Of a stretch of DNA of 64,000 nt, positions 28,114 to 38,150 are shown piece by piece. Positions within the stretch are counted from its first letter, which is position 1; every line of letters starts with the position of its first letter. The position numbers and the translations under genes are program-made. This DNA comes from a virus. Location: positions 1-64,000 of IMG/VR virus record IMGVR_UViG_3300045988_161192. One strand, 5' to 3'. The notes under the pieces are model-generated. The model made no database searches, was not told the origin of the DNA, and worked only from the letters and a program-made list of their open reading frames with translations.

Positions 28114-28443
28114 ATGATGAACTATTACGAATGCAGGAACTTTGGAATAAAGTATAAAGTTTTTCTTTATATCGATACAAAAGAATATCTGGCAGACAGA
28201 ATATTTTTGGACCATAAGGTCCGTGTGAAATGGACCAGACAATTTTCTCACAAAAACTCACCTTATTTGGTCATATTTTGTAAAGTTCCAAAGAAAGAGG
28301 TCGCAAGATTTAAAATGGCAATGAGTGATTTGGAAAAGAAAATGCTAATCTATGGTTACACAGACTACATGGACCTTAGTAAAAGCATTATAGATGAAAT
28401 TACAGAGGAGGTAGAATTCAGTGGAAGAAAGAAGAGAAATTGA
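28114..28443 (+). CDS. hypothetical protein
   Basis: 109 aa; RBS GGAGGTG. Confidence 0.35.
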   Translation: MMNYYECRNFGIKYKVFLYIDTKEYLADRIFLDHKVRVKWTRQFSHKNSPYLVIFCKVPKKEVARFKMAMSDLEKKMLIYGYTDYMDLSKSIIDEITEEVEFSGRKKRN

Positions 28444-28882
28444 CAAAATTCTGGAAAAGGAATATAATGTACCTGAAGAAATCGAAGAACTCGCTAATGA
28501 TTTAGGTGGAGGTTGGTGGAATTACCGACTAATCGAAAAGGAAAGTCATTGGACCAATAAAGCTGGCAAAGAATATTTCGAAAAATATTTTGAGATACAC
28601 GAAGTTTATTATAAAGGCGATGGAGAAATTTGGGGTTGGTCTGAAAACCCGATGAGTATTTACTTCGAAAACTTCAAAGAAGTAGGTTATCTTGTAAAAC
28701 AAATTAGAGCTGCTACTCGAAAACCTGTTCTGAAACTTGTGGAAGGTGAAGACGGAGAGGAAGAGTTGGTTCCAACGATGAAAACTCTAAAGGAATATAA
28801 AAAAGTTGACCTTTCAAACTGGTGCTCAGAAGATTTTTGGAAAGAAATTGAGGAGACAGAAAATGAAACAAGACGAAAATAA
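28421..28882 (+). CDS. hypothetical protein
   Basis: 153 aa acidic. Confidence 0.35.
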   Translation: MEERREIDKILEKEYNVPEEIEELANDLGGGWWNYRLIEKESHWTNKAGKEYFEKYFEIHEVYYKGDGEIWGWSENPMSIYFENFKEVGYLVKQIRAATRKPVLKLVEGEDGEEELVPTMKTLKEYKKVDLSNWCSEDFWKEIEETENETRRK

Positions 28883-29156
28883 AGTCAAAAAGTCAGTTCA
28901 AGAATATCTCGACTCCTTAGGTGCTTACCATTTTAAAGTACACGGGTCAATTTATATGAGGGCTGGAATTCCAGACATTGTTTGTTGTTACAAAGGAAAA
29001 TTCATTGGAATAGAAACTAAAGATGGAAATAATAAAGCCAGTGAATTGCAATTAGCTCACGGTCGAAAAATAGAACGAAATGATGGCATCTTTATCATAG
29101 CGTACTCTGTCGATGACGTGAAGGAGGTATTTGTAAAATGTGGGTTAGTAGAATGA
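28863..29156 (+). CDS. VRR-NUC domain nuclease
   Basis: GIPDIVCCYKGKFIGIETKDG matches the VRR-NUC (PD-(D/E)XK) core G-x-PD...IE-x-K; ATG at 28863 after AGGAGACAG. Confidence 0.5.
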   Translation: MKQDENKVKKSVQEYLDSLGAYHFKVHGSIYMRAGIPDIVCCYKGKFIGIETKDGNNKASELQLAHGRKIERNDGIFIIAYSVDDVKEVFVKCGLVE

Positions 29157-29347
29157 AAGACAAACACTGCACAGGATGCAAATGGCACATGCAATTTGGA
29201 GGACTAGACTGTTGTGATAGACCAGAAAATAATATTAGAGTAATAAAACCAAAACAACTTATTTGTTTTCATAAAAAAGAAGGCAAATGGTATAAACCTG
29301 GAGAAGAACCAATAGAAAAGGAGGAAAAGTATGGATGGTATGATTAA
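29138..29347 (+). CDS. Cys-rich zinc-binding small protein
   Basis: CTGCKWH...CCDR; 69 aa. Confidence 0.3.
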   Translation: MWVSRMKDKHCTGCKWHMQFGGLDCCDRPENNIRVIKPKQLICFHKKEGKWYKPGEEPIEKEEKYGWYD

Positions 29348-29690
29348 AGGTGGGGCTCAACACTTTTTAGATTATAAGGAAGTCGTTGAAATCAAAAATC
29401 CCCAATCAGAATTAGCTCAGACTTTGGTTGACAACATCAAGCAAACTTTACTTGAGCAAATTCGAGTTGAAACACCTAACACGATAAATTATGACAAAGC
29501 TTTCAGAATTCAAGTCAGACTTCTAGACGATATGAATTTAGTCGGAAAACTAGAAGAAATTCCAATTTTGGAAATTCCTCTTCGAATTCCTGGAATGGAT
29601 TTAGAAAGAGAAAGTCGAATATACCTTGACGAAAAACCTCTAAAGTTTAGAGACAGATTAAAAATATTATTGAAAGGAAGATTAGATTAG
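29331..29690 (+). CDS. hypothetical protein
   Basis: 119 aa; RBS AAGGAGGAAAAG. Confidence 0.35.
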   Translation: MDGMIKGGAQHFLDYKEVVEIKNPQSELAQTLVDNIKQTLLEQIRVETPNTINYDKAFRIQVRLLDDMNLVGKLEEIPILEIPLRIPGMDLERESRIYLDEKPLKFRDRLKILLKGRLD

Positions 29691-29691
29691 C

Positions 29692-30411
29692 ATGTTACCA
29701 ACAATTAAAATTTACAAAATGGATTGGAATTTTCTAATCCAAAACTATTTGGACAAAAGATTATGGAGTAAAGATTGGACCTTGTTTGAGTATAAAGGAT
29801 TTAAGGTTAGTATTAGTTTGTATAACATTTATACGAAGAACGAGAAAATCTATTTTGAAATTTCTCTATCACACAAAGAACCAGAAGAAAATTATATTGT
29901 AACCAAGACAAAACAAATCGACTATTCACTAAAGATTGACGATGTGAAATTTTTAAAGAAGAAAATCAATTCTGCAATCTGGGAGTTATTTGTTTCTGGA
30001 GAATGTGACTGGTACATTCGATATGAGGACCATTACTCTGAACTCGTTGAACTCAGAGAAGAAGAAAAGGAAAGACTGGAGAAAATTGCTGAAGAATTCT
30101 TAGATGAGCATGACATCGACAATGAACACATCAGAGAAGCTTATGTTGAAGCTTATGTCGATGAGTATGAAAAGACTTGGGACATGATGAGAGACTATGA
30201 GGCTCACAGAATGTACAATGCTTTGCCAGATTTGTTTTTGGTTTGGTTAGACTCTTTGGAAGAAGATGACCCAATCAAACGTGAAACTTTAAAAGAAAGA
30301 GTTGGTTCAGACACAATCAATAAAATTATGAAAGAAATTGAGGAATACCAAAGATACATCGAAACTGAAGAATGGGAAGAAGAAATGAAATCAAACCTAG
30401 AGGAGGTATAG
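29692..30411 (+). CDS. hypothetical acidic protein
   Basis: 239 aa, Glu-rich C-terminus. Confidence 0.4.
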   Translation: MLPTIKIYKMDWNFLIQNYLDKRLWSKDWTLFEYKGFKVSISLYNIYTKNEKIYFEISLSHKEPEENYIVTKTKQIDYSLKIDDVKFLKKKINSAIWELFVSGECDWYIRYEDHYSELVELREEEKERLEKIAEEFLDEHDIDNEHIREAYVEAYVDEYEKTWDMMRDYEAHRMYNALPDLFLVWLDSLEEDDPIKRETLKERVGSDTINKIMKEIEEYQRYIETEEWEEEMKSNLEEV

Positions 30412-30413
30412 TT

Positions 30414-30647
30414 ATGAGCTCAATAAATGAGAGATGCAGTTTATGCTTCAGAAAAGAAAAACCAGAAGATTTAGTTAGCAAAGATTCTTTACAACTTTGT
30501 CCAAAATGTTACAAGAAGTATGAAGAATCTCCATACAATCAAAGAGTAATGCTTTTGAATTCTGTAAAATGCTATAGAAAACTCATAGCTCGTTATGAAG
30601 ATACATCTGGAATTAAGATAGACACCGATTTTGGAGGAATTTCATAG
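30414..30647 (+). CDS. zinc-ribbon protein
   Basis: CSLC ... CPKC; ATG at 30414 after GGAGGTATAG. Confidence 0.35.
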   Translation: MSSINERCSLCFRKEKPEDLVSKDSLQLCPKCYKKYEESPYNQRVMLLNSVKCYRKLIARYEDTSGIKIDTDFGGIS

Positions 30648-30673
30648 CCAATTATGGAAAGTTGAAGAAAAAC

Positions 30674-30705
30674 GAGGTCCTAAAATCAATTTTAAGGGCC
30701 TTTTT
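30674..30705 (+). terminator. conserved-loop terminator GAGGTCC-taAAATCAATTTTAA-GGGCCT-TTTTT
   Basis: stem with a G-U wobble, family loop motif, and T-run. Confidence 0.45.
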
Positions 30706-30860
30706 ATTTGTCCGATGATAAATTACCTTAGTAACCTAGGGTCAGTCAATCTAGGGCTAACCTGAGGTCACTCACTGCCTTTTGATGATTTTACCTCATT
30801 TATAAAACCACTATTTTGAAAGAAAAAACCTAAAAACCTTAACAAATTTCAAGAAAACTG

Positions 30861-30889
30861 TTTACTTTTCTCGAAAAGTATGGTATAAT
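30861..30889 (+). promoter_or_regulatory. promoter aaaCTGTTTACT-17-TGgTATAAT (family copy)
   Basis: TTTACT 30861-30866, 17-nt spacer, TATAAT 30884-30889. Confidence 0.5.
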
Positions 30890-30923
30890 GATAATGAGAA
30901 CTATGGGGAAAGGAGAAACCAAT

Positions 30924-31358
30924 ATGGATTTTGTAAAATCACTAGGAGGCAGAGAAAAATATTATCAGAGAACAAACGTCAAGGATTGTGTGATTAGAGC
31001 CATCTGTAATGCCACAGGAAATGATTATAAGAAAACGTATGACGAAGTAAAAACAGAACTCATCATATATAATAGGAAACTTTACAGAAGTTCGACGAAA
31101 CATAATTCACCTCGAAACGGAGTTCCTCACAATGTCACCAAAAAATACATTGAAAAAGTTTTAGGATGGACTTATCATAAAATAGAACCGGGCTCAATTC
31201 TTGGAGAATACGAATTTGGAAAAGGAATCTTTCTTGTGAACTTGAACAGACATGTTACATGCATTAAAGACGATGTACTATATGACAGTTGGGATTGTTC
31301 ACAAGGAAAAGGTCGAAAAAGAAACCCAATGATATTAGGGTATTGGTCAAAAGAATAA
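30924..31358 (+). CDS. hypothetical protein (conserved Cys...His...Asp arrangement, possible papain-like fold)
   Basis: ATG at 30924 after GGGGAAAGGAGAAACC; DCVIRAICN ... NRHVTCIKDD pattern. Confidence 0.35.
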   Translation: MDFVKSLGGREKYYQRTNVKDCVIRAICNATGNDYKKTYDEVKTELIIYNRKLYRSSTKHNSPRNGVPHNVTKKYIEKVLGWTYHKIEPGSILGEYEFGKGIFLVNLNRHVTCIKDDVLYDSWDCSQGKGRKRNPMILGYWSKE

Positions 31359-31372
31359 GGAGGTAGATTTGA

Positions 31373-31603
31373 ATGGAAGTCAAAATTAAAATATCAGCAA
31401 ATAAGGTTTGGGATTTGAATAACTTTGGGGATATAAAATCAGACATTCTAACAGAGTTATTCAAAGACCCAGAAATCACCAAAAGAAATTCTAACGTAGT
31501 TGAAAGCATAGAGAACATGTTATATGATGGACACCAAGTAACAGCAATTCAATATGACGCATTGACATCTCGAGCAATATTACATGTAAATTTGGAAAGG
31601 TAG
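31373..31603 (+). CDS. hypothetical small protein
   Basis: 76 aa; RBS AGGAGG. Confidence 0.3.
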   Translation: MEVKIKISANKVWDLNNFGDIKSDILTELFKDPEITKRNSNVVESIENMLYDGHQVTAIQYDALTSRAILHVNLER

Positions 31604-31611
31604 GAAACAAT

Positions 31612-31914
31612 ATGAGAAAAGGAATTGAATTTACAATGGACGTTGAAACTATAACTGACTTTGACGAATTCAACAGTCATACTGAACTCATCACTGAGTT
31701 ACAAGAATTGGTTAACAAAGTTGATTATGGAGCACAGATTGGCTTCAATGATAGAAACATACTAATGTTCCACGGTAATATAATGAGTTTTACTAAAAAA
31801 GAATGTGAAGCAAAATACACATTACTCAAAAGTGAATATACTAGAATTCTAAGTAAATACTATGGAAAAGTAAAAGTTATTGACAGAATGAAGCTGTATT
31901 TTACACACTTATAA
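31612..31914 (+). CDS. hypothetical protein
   Basis: 100 aa ORF in the array. Confidence 0.3.
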   Translation: MRKGIEFTMDVETITDFDEFNSHTELITELQELVNKVDYGAQIGFNDRNILMFHGNIMSFTKKECEAKYTLLKSEYTRILSKYYGKVKVIDRMKLYFTHL

Positions 31915-31950
31915 TATGAAGAGAAATCTCGACAACTTTTCTAAAACCTG

Positions 31951-31979
31951 TTTACTTTTTTCGCAAAATGTGGTATAAT
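31951..31979 (+). promoter_or_regulatory. promoter aaCCTGTTTACT-17-TGgTATAAT (family copy)
   Basis: TTTACT 31951-31956, 17-nt spacer, TATAAT 31974-31979. Confidence 0.5.
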
Positions 31980-31998
31980 AAAATAAAAAGAGGGGGGT

Positions 31999-32226
31999 TT
32001 GATGGAAATGGCTAAATTAGTAGAAAAAATGGAATTGGACAAATTATCACTACAACAACTAAAATCAAAACTCGAAGATTTAGAAAATCAAGAATTTATG
32101 TTAGAAATGATAGACACATGGACATCTGAAGATTACAAATATTCAGATGAGATACACGAACAAATAATGGCAGTAAAGAAAGAAATCATTGAACATGAAG
32201 ATGCAGTCTATGGTCTTGGAATATGA
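31999..32226 (+). CDS. hypothetical small acidic protein
   Basis: 75 aa; RBS AGAGGGGGG. Confidence 0.3.
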   Translation: MMEMAKLVEKMELDKLSLQQLKSKLEDLENQEFMLEMIDTWTSEDYKYSDEIHEQIMAVKKEIIEHEDAVYGLGI

Positions 32227-32237
32227 TTTGAAAGGAG

Positions 32238-32468
32238 TTGGTTAGAATGAGATACAGTAGAACTGAAATCAAACACTATTTAAAGGATGACCCATACACA
32301 ACACCAGAACTACTTAACAAATGGGCATGCCAAGTATTTATTCATCCATTAGACCCAGAATATGCTCAAAGAATAGAAAATGGCCAAAGTGATTTCGTCA
32401 CTCTACTAATTGGAAATAGCTGGGAAGAAGTAAACAACCAATTCAAACAAATGGAAGGAGATGATTAG
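32238..32468 (+). CDS. hypothetical small protein
   Basis: 76 aa; RBS AAAGGAG. Confidence 0.3.
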   Translation: MVRMRYSRTEIKHYLKDDPYTTPELLNKWACQVFIHPLDPEYAQRIENGQSDFVTLLIGNSWEEVNNQFKQMEGDD

Positions 32469-32469
32469 A

Positions 32470-32637
32470 ATGGACAAAACCAAAATTTTAGAACTAATCA
32501 AAGGTTTAGCAAAATCACAAGGCTTCTATGGTAGACTACTTGAAAGCATAAACGAAAATCCTGAAATTTTAGACCATTTGGAACAACAAAATTTTCAAGA
32601 AGATTTGGACTTAATTTTATATCTTGAATGTTAAAGG
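32470..32637 (+). CDS. hypothetical small protein (55 aa, below the track cutoff)
   Basis: ATG after GGAAGGAGATG; fills the gap. Confidence 0.25.
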
Positions 32638-32649
32638 AGGTAGATTATT

Positions 32650-32949
32650 ATGACCAACTATGAACTAATCAGAAAATTTAAAGATGGAGCAACAAAAGGA
32701 ATAGCTGGACACTTATACATCAAAGGTGATGAACTAATCAATTATTCAACTGTAATTGCATATAGAGATGAGAATGGAAAATTCCACTTAAATACTCAAT
32801 ACTACTCAAGAACAACTAGCAAAATCCAAAATTATTGCAAGACCTTACTTGACACTGACATCGTCGAAGAGTATGAAGGTTCAAGAACTTATCTTTGGAA
32901 TGCTGGTTATATGGGAGCACCAACCATCAGAGCAAAGGATGTATACTAA
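32650..32949 (+). CDS. hypothetical protein
   Basis: 99 aa; RBS AAAGGAGGTAG. Confidence 0.35.
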   Translation: MTNYELIRKFKDGATKGIAGHLYIKGDELINYSTVIAYRDENGKFHLNTQYYSRTTSKIQNYCKTLLDTDIVEEYEGSRTYLWNAGYMGAPTIRAKDVY

Positions 32950-32950
32950 A

Positions 32951-33229
32951 ATGGGTCAAAGGACAATTGATATAAGTGGAAACAAATACAATAAATTGAC
33001 AGTTCTTGGTCTTGACCATATTTTCAAAAAGAATGGCAAGACCAGAACTTACTGGAAATGTCAATGTGACTGTGGAAAGATAGTGATAAAACGCAAAGAC
33101 GAATTCATCTATCCATACAGTAAAACAAAATCCTGTGGTTGTTGGCATCGTCAAGAAAGTAGCATGAGACCAAAAGACCATCAGACTGGAAAATATATCA
33201 GAAGGAGAGAAGATTATGAACATTTGTGA
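32951..33229 (+). CDS. Cys-rich zinc-binding protein
   Basis: CQCDCGK ... CGCWH; ATG at 32951 just after the previous stop. Confidence 0.3.
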   Translation: MGQRTIDISGNKYNKLTVLGLDHIFKKNGKTRTYWKCQCDCGKIVIKRKDEFIYPYSKTKSCGCWHRQESSMRPKDHQTGKYIRRREDYEHL

Positions 33230-33644
33230 TAGTTACCGTGGTGGATACACAATTCAACATTGGAAGGGAGGTGAAAGACCAATGACCAATGAATATGTAG
33301 ACGAAAGCAGAGATAGGGATGTACACTTTCTCTTTGACAAAGAAAAATGGTGTGACAGAAAAATTGGAGACATGACAAGTTCTCATATTATCAACACTTT
33401 GCTAATGTTAAGGAGAAGAGCTAACGAATTCAAACTAAACTATGAGCTATTTGTAATTGATAACATGAACAATGACTTGTTAGTTCCAAAGGATGACATC
33501 AAAAAATTAGCACCAAGACCAGCTAACGACTGGGTAATTGAAACCCCAATCTATTTGGCTCTGATGGAAGAACTAGAAAAACGTGGATTGGCTGATTATT
33601 TCGACTTAGTTATTGAAAGAACAAAAAGAGAGGAGGAGAAATGA
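33216..33644 (+). CDS. hypothetical protein
   Basis: 142 aa ORF (internal Met at 33282 also possible). Confidence 0.3.
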   Translation: MNICDSYRGGYTIQHWKGGERPMTNEYVDESRDRDVHFLFDKEKWCDRKIGDMTSSHIINTLLMLRRRANEFKLNYELFVIDNMNNDLLVPKDDIKKLAPRPANDWVIETPIYLALMEELEKRGLADYFDLVIERTKREEEK

Positions 33645-33982
33645 TGGAAGAAAATGAAGTAGTAGAACAATCATTAGACACAATCGCTCAAGGATTGGCT
33701 CCAAAGGATTTTGCCAAAAGGTACAAAAAGATGTTAGCATTGAAAGCTGAACTTGAAAAAGAAGAAAAAGAATTCAAAGACAAGTTAGCTGAGATGTGGG
33801 GCAGTTTAACAGATGCACCAAACTCAATTGTATTGGATGGACTAAAATTCACTTATGTTCGACCAAGCAAAAGAAAATCATTTGACAGCAAGAAATTTCA
33901 AGAAGACCATCCAGAAATCTATGACAAATATGTCAAAGAGTCTGAGGTTAAAGCAAGCATTAGAACATCCGTAGAATACTAA
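33641..33982 (+). CDS. hypothetical coiled-coil protein (Gam-like?)
   Basis: 113 aa; N-terminal coiled coil; lies in the recombination region. Confidence 0.3.
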   Translation: MMEENEVVEQSLDTIAQGLAPKDFAKRYKKMLALKAELEKEEKEFKDKLAEMWGSLTDAPNSIVLDGLKFTYVRPSKRKSFDSKKFQEDHPEIYDKYVKESEVKASIRTSVEY

Positions 33983-34113
33983 TTGGAATCGGATGGAAAA
34001 AGTAGTAAAACATTGAGATTATGCTCTGGATGTGGTATAATAATACTATAAACATCTCGAGAAAACTGACATAATCGAATGTAAAAATCCATATAGTAAA
34101 GGAGGAGAAAGAT

Positions 34114-34347
34114 ATGGAAGAAATAAAATTCAAAGTTCCAAAATCTCAACTAAGAAAGGTAGCAAAAGCTGAAAGCAAAGAGGGAGAAGCAAAAATCACT
34201 CTTAAAGCTGGTTATTTTACACCAGACAACAAATCAGAAATAGTTGCTAAAACAGAAAAAGAAGCAATCAGAACTTTAAGACTTTCAAGAAAAGAAAAAG
34301 TTGAGAAAGCTGCTAAAGCTGAGAAAAAAGAAACAGCAAAAAAATAA
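34114..34347 (+). CDS. lysine-rich small basic protein (possible DNA-binding)
   Basis: 77 aa; KAEKKETAKK-type tail; RBS AAAGGAGGAG. Confidence 0.35.
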   Translation: MEEIKFKVPKSQLRKVAKAESKEGEAKITLKAGYFTPDNKSEIVAKTEKEAIRTLRLSRKEKVEKAAKAEKKETAKK

Positions 34348-34370
34348 TTTAAAAAGTTACTAATAAACTG

Positions 34371-34399
34371 TTTACATTTTAATGGGAGTGTGATATTAT
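34371..34399 (+). promoter_or_regulatory. promoter aaaCTGTTTACA-17-TGtgaTATTAT (family copy)
   Basis: TTTACA 34371-34376, 17-nt spacer, TATTAT 34394-34399. Confidence 0.45.
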
Positions 34400-34508
34400 A
34401 ATAAGGTCATACTCCTATTATTTTTGTCTAAAGTGATAGAGTAATGATGGACCAACTATTTAAGTCCTAAAACTGAATAAGACTCTAAAAGGAAAGGAGG
34501 ACTAAAGG

Positions 34509-35147
34509 ATGCGTATCTGGTTATATGGAGCACCGTTTAGTGGAAAAACAACATTTGCTAGCCAATTTCCTGGAGCAAAAATAATTTCAACAGATGGAAA
34601 TGCAGAAGGTTTATTCAAGAAAGAAGACATCATTAGAGTTAGAAATTATAAAGACCTTGAAAATGCAATTTCTGAGTTGAAAAAGAATTCTCCAGAGTGG
34701 TTAGTCATTGATGTTATTGACTACCTTTATGACATTTGTAGAACTTACGTCCTTGACAAAAACAATGTTGAAGACGAAGGAGATATTCCATACAGAGGTT
34801 ATAAGATGGTACGTCAATTTTTCTGGGGTGTAATCACAAAAATCTCTAACTTATGTGACAACATCATATTTATTAGCCACGAAGATGTTACAACTGAGAA
34901 AAATAAATTTGGTAGAGAAATCACAAATTATGTACCAAAATTTGAAAGCAAAATGCTAACACAAATGACTGGTATTATGACAGTAGTTGGAAGATGTTTG
35001 AAAGAAACCTCTGAAAAGAACGACTCAGCTTATGTTCTAAGAATAGGACATAATGATAATGAGGTGGGTGGAACACGTTTCAAACTAAAAGAAACACAAA
35101 TTCCACAAGGGTATGACAATTTTATGAACAATATTGTCAAAGAATAA
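34509..35147 (+). CDS. AAA_24-type P-loop ATPase (Sak4-like single-strand annealing/recombination protein)
   Basis: MRIWLYGAPFSGKTTFASQF Walker A at the extreme N-terminus followed by ISTDGNAEG, as in Sak4/AAA_24. Confidence 0.55.
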   Translation: MRIWLYGAPFSGKTTFASQFPGAKIISTDGNAEGLFKKEDIIRVRNYKDLENAISELKKNSPEWLVIDVIDYLYDICRTYVLDKNNVEDEGDIPYRGYKMVRQFFWGVITKISNLCDNIIFISHEDVTTEKNKFGREITNYVPKFESKMLTQMTGIMTVVGRCLKETSEKNDSAYVLRIGHNDNEVGGTRFKLKETQIPQGYDNFMNNIVKE

Positions 35148-35201
35148 TCACGTGAGACTTGACCGCAGGAAGGCAAGCAGTGAATAGAAAGGAAATTCAA
35201 A

Positions 35202-35615
35202 ATGGACGAATTGAACGATTTAGATGAAATCTTTAACGACATTGAGAAAAATGAAGGAGTAGAAGAAGCAGCTGGTGGCTTCAAAGAAATCGAAGATGGA
35301 GAATATGAAGCAGAAGTAATTGGAGCTGAATTCGGAAACTCTAAAAAGACAAACGCTAGAATGGTTACAATAGAATATGGTCTAGAAGACAGTAGACACA
35401 AATGGCAATATCTAATGCTAGATGGAAAAGATGATGAACAAACAAGAAGAAACATTGCAACATTTGTTACAACTATGAAGAAATTTGGATTAGAAGCTAA
35501 GGATGTTAAAGGTTATGTTAGTCAATTAGAAAAACTTGAAGGAAGAGGATGTACTCTAGTTTTGACAACTGGAAAAACAGGCTTCCAAAGAGTTAGTGTA
35601 ACACCACATGACTAA
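35202..35615 (+). CDS. hypothetical acidic protein (DUF669-like partner of Sak4, possible SSB-like)
   Basis: position directly after the AAA_24 gene; 137 aa. Confidence 0.35.
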   Translation: MDELNDLDEIFNDIEKNEGVEEAAGGFKEIEDGEYEAEVIGAEFGNSKKTNARMVTIEYGLEDSRHKWQYLMLDGKDDEQTRRNIATFVTTMKKFGLEAKDVKGYVSQLEKLEGRGCTLVLTTGKTGFQRVSVTPHD

Positions 35616-35679
35616 GACTCCTTGAGGGGCTAGTGAAAACTGGCTCCTTATTTATTATAAATAGGAAGGAGAAATCAGA

Positions 35680-37578
35680 ATGGCAACATTAGTATATGAC
35701 TTCGAAGTATTTAAGTTTGATTGGACTGTTACTTTCAGGGAAGGAGATAAATATTACCAATTCCATAACGATGTTCCAGGATTTCAGAAATTCTATGAAC
35801 AACACAAAGACGATTTATGGGTGGGACATAACAACACTCACTATGACACTGTTATCGCTAGACTATTAGTTCGTGGAATAGATGGTCTCGAACTAAAACT
35901 TGCTTCAGATGATTTAGTTAACGATAAAAAGAACATTGTGATGAGAAAATACAATTTGTACAAAGTTCCAATAAATGACTTGGACCTTATGCAAGACCAG
36001 ATGTTCGTCTCATTGAAAGAAGTAGAAGGATTTTTAGGACTTGAAATTCACGAGTCTGAGATTGACTTCACTTTAGATAGACCATTGACCAAAGAAGAAG
36101 TAGAATTGGTTTTGAAATATAACAAAGACGATGTCGATGCAACCTATGAAGAACTAAAAATCAAGTACGACCAAGTTCTTTCAAAAGTCAACTTAGTCAA
36201 GATGTACAATTTACCAAAGACATATATAGCCAAAACCAATGGACAACTTTCAGGAGAAATTTTGGAAGCAGAGTTCAGAGACTTCAAAGATGGAAAAACA
36301 CCTTTTGACCCAAAAATCATTCCTTTGACTATTGAAAAATACACAGAGGCTATTGATTATTACAGCAAATGTGATGTTATTCCAGACACCGGTTCAAAAC
36401 CAATTATGGTGGCAGGAGTTGAACACAATTTGGGTATTGGAGGACTACACGGTGCTATACCAAACTTTATGTATGAAGGAGAATTATGGTTAGTCGATGT
36501 AGCTTCATACTATCCAAACCTAATGCTAAAGATGGGATTTGTTTCAAGAGGAATTACTCATCCAGAAAAATTCGAACAACTAGTTACTAGAAGATTGACC
36601 AATAAAGCAAGAACCGGTGAACTTAAGAAGTTATTGGAAAAAGACCCAGACAATGCCGAATATAAAGCAGAATTGAAAAGATGTAAAGGTGAAACTGGTT
36701 CTCTAAAATTAACTATCAATTCTATTTCTGGATGTATGAAGTCAAGATTTAGCAAATTATTTGATGAGAAAAACAACAACAATATGTGTATTTCTGGTCA
36801 ATTATTACTAATCAATCTCATTGAAAAATTGGAACCATACTGCAGATTAGTACAATCTAACACAGATGGTATTATCATAATTCCTGACGACAAAGAAAAA
36901 TGTGATGAGGTAATACAAGAATGGATGGACAGAACTCACTTAGTTCTTGAAAAAGACACAGCCCATGCTATCTTCCAAAAAGATGTTAACAACTACATTT
37001 TGGTTGAAGACTCTGGGTCTATTCATACTAAGGGAAGAGACGTTGCTCAATATTCATCGAGAAAGGTTCAACACTTAATTCGAAATCACTTAAAAATCTT
37101 AGACAAAATGATAGTAGAATTTTTAGTTTATAACAAACCACTTGAAATTGCTTTAGACACACCCCTTTCTGATTTACAAAACATCAAGAAAGTTGGTTCA
37201 ACCTATGAAGCTGTCTATTGGGAAAAACCAGAAGGACTAGTCAAATGTGCTAATACAGTCAATCGAATTTACCCAACCAAAGACACAAGTTATGGAAAGC
37301 TAAAGAAGAAACACAGAGCCAAAGAAAATTTGGACAACCTACCAGACATACCGGAACACTGCATGGTTATCAATGAAAACATTAGAGGTAAAACTTTAGC
37401 AGATGTAATAGAATGGATAGATTTAGACTGGTATACAATAGCTGCTAAAAATGCTATTATCAATTATGTTCTAGAGCCATCAGAAAAAACCAAAGGTAAA
37501 AAGAAAGACATGAATGTTGACTGGGAGAATGTCCTAAGAAAACTTGGAAGGTTAGAAGGAGGTACACAAAATGTCTAG
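35680..37578 (+). CDS. family-B DNA polymerase with N-terminal 3'-5' exonuclease
   Basis: Exo I YDFEVF, Exo II GHNNTHYDTVI, Pol motif A DVASYYPNLM, motif B KLTINSISG, motif C-like NTDGIIII. Confidence 0.6.
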   Translation: MATLVYDFEVFKFDWTVTFREGDKYYQFHNDVPGFQKFYEQHKDDLWVGHNNTHYDTVIARLLVRGIDGLELKLASDDLVNDKKNIVMRKYNLYKVPINDLDLMQDQMFVSLKEVEGFLGLEIHESEIDFTLDRPLTKEEVELVLKYNKDDVDATYEELKIKYDQVLSKVNLVKMYNLPKTYIAKTNGQLSGEILEAEFRDFKDGKTPFDPKIIPLTIEKYTEAIDYYSKCDVIPDTGSKPIMVAGVEHNLGIGGLHGAIPNFMYEGELWLVDVASYYPNLMLKMGFVSRGITHPEKFEQLVTRRLTNKARTGELKKLLEKDPDNAEYKAELKRCKGETGSLKLTINSISGCMKSRFSKLFDEKNNNNMCISGQLLLINLIEKLEPYCRLVQSNTDGIIIIPDDKEKCDEVIQEWMDRTHLVLEKDTAHAIFQKDVNNYILVEDSGSIHTKGRDVAQYSSRKVQHLIRNHLKILDKMIVEFLVYNKPLEIALDTPLSDLQNIKKVGSTYEAVYWEKPEGLVKCANTVNRIYPTKDTSYGKLKKKHRAKENLDNLPDIPEHCMVINENIRGKTLADVIEWIDLDWYTIAAKNAIINYVLEPSEKTKGKKKDMNVDWENVLRKLGRLEGGTQNV

Positions 37579-38137
37579 AATTATCATCGAAGGAGTAGAC
37601 AAATCTGGAAAGTCTACAATCATTGAGAAAATGAAAAATCAGTTTGAATACGGACTAGCAATTAAAAATATGATAAAACCTAAAGATGCTTCAGAAGAAG
37701 AGACTGGAAGAATTATTGATATGTACGACCAGATTCTCAGAATTTCAAGTCAAAGTGATTTGAAAAACCCAAGCAATCGCAACTTCACGTATATCTTAGA
37801 CCGTTTCTACCAAAGTGAAATAGTATACTCTATACTCAGAGGTAATGACAGGTTTGAGGAAGAAGGGTTTATGGCAGTAGTTGATTTATGGGAAAATAAA
37901 ATAGCTAAAGACACATTGTTGGTATTGCTTGAAACTGACCCAGCAATAGTAGCTGAAAGATTTAAGACTTGTGGAGAAGATTATGTTAAAGAAGAACAAA
38001 TCAAAATGTTACAAGAAAGATACAACAGGTGTTTTGAAATGAGCAAACTACCAAAAATCAAACTTGACACCACTCAGCTTGGAATAGAAAAATCATTGGA
38101 ATTGATTAAGCAAGAAATTGCAAAACTAAATGTTTAG
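37571..38137 (+). CDS. dNMP / thymidylate-kinase-like P-loop kinase
   Basis: EGVDKSGKST Walker A in the thymidylate-kinase arrangement. Confidence 0.5.
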   Translation: MSRIIIEGVDKSGKSTIIEKMKNQFEYGLAIKNMIKPKDASEEETGRIIDMYDQILRISSQSDLKNPSNRNFTYILDRFYQSEIVYSILRGNDRFEEEGFMAVVDLWENKIAKDTLLVLLETDPAIVAERFKTCGEDYVKEEQIKMLQERYNRCFEMSKLPKIKLDTTQLGIEKSLELIKQEIAKLNV

Positions 38138-38150
38138 AAAGGAGAAAGAT

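Noticed and set aside
33641-33982. Annotating ORF 33641 as Mu Gam-like nuclease inhibitor
   Set aside because: The only evidence is a coiled-coil N-terminus and location near recombination genes. There is no diagnostic motif.
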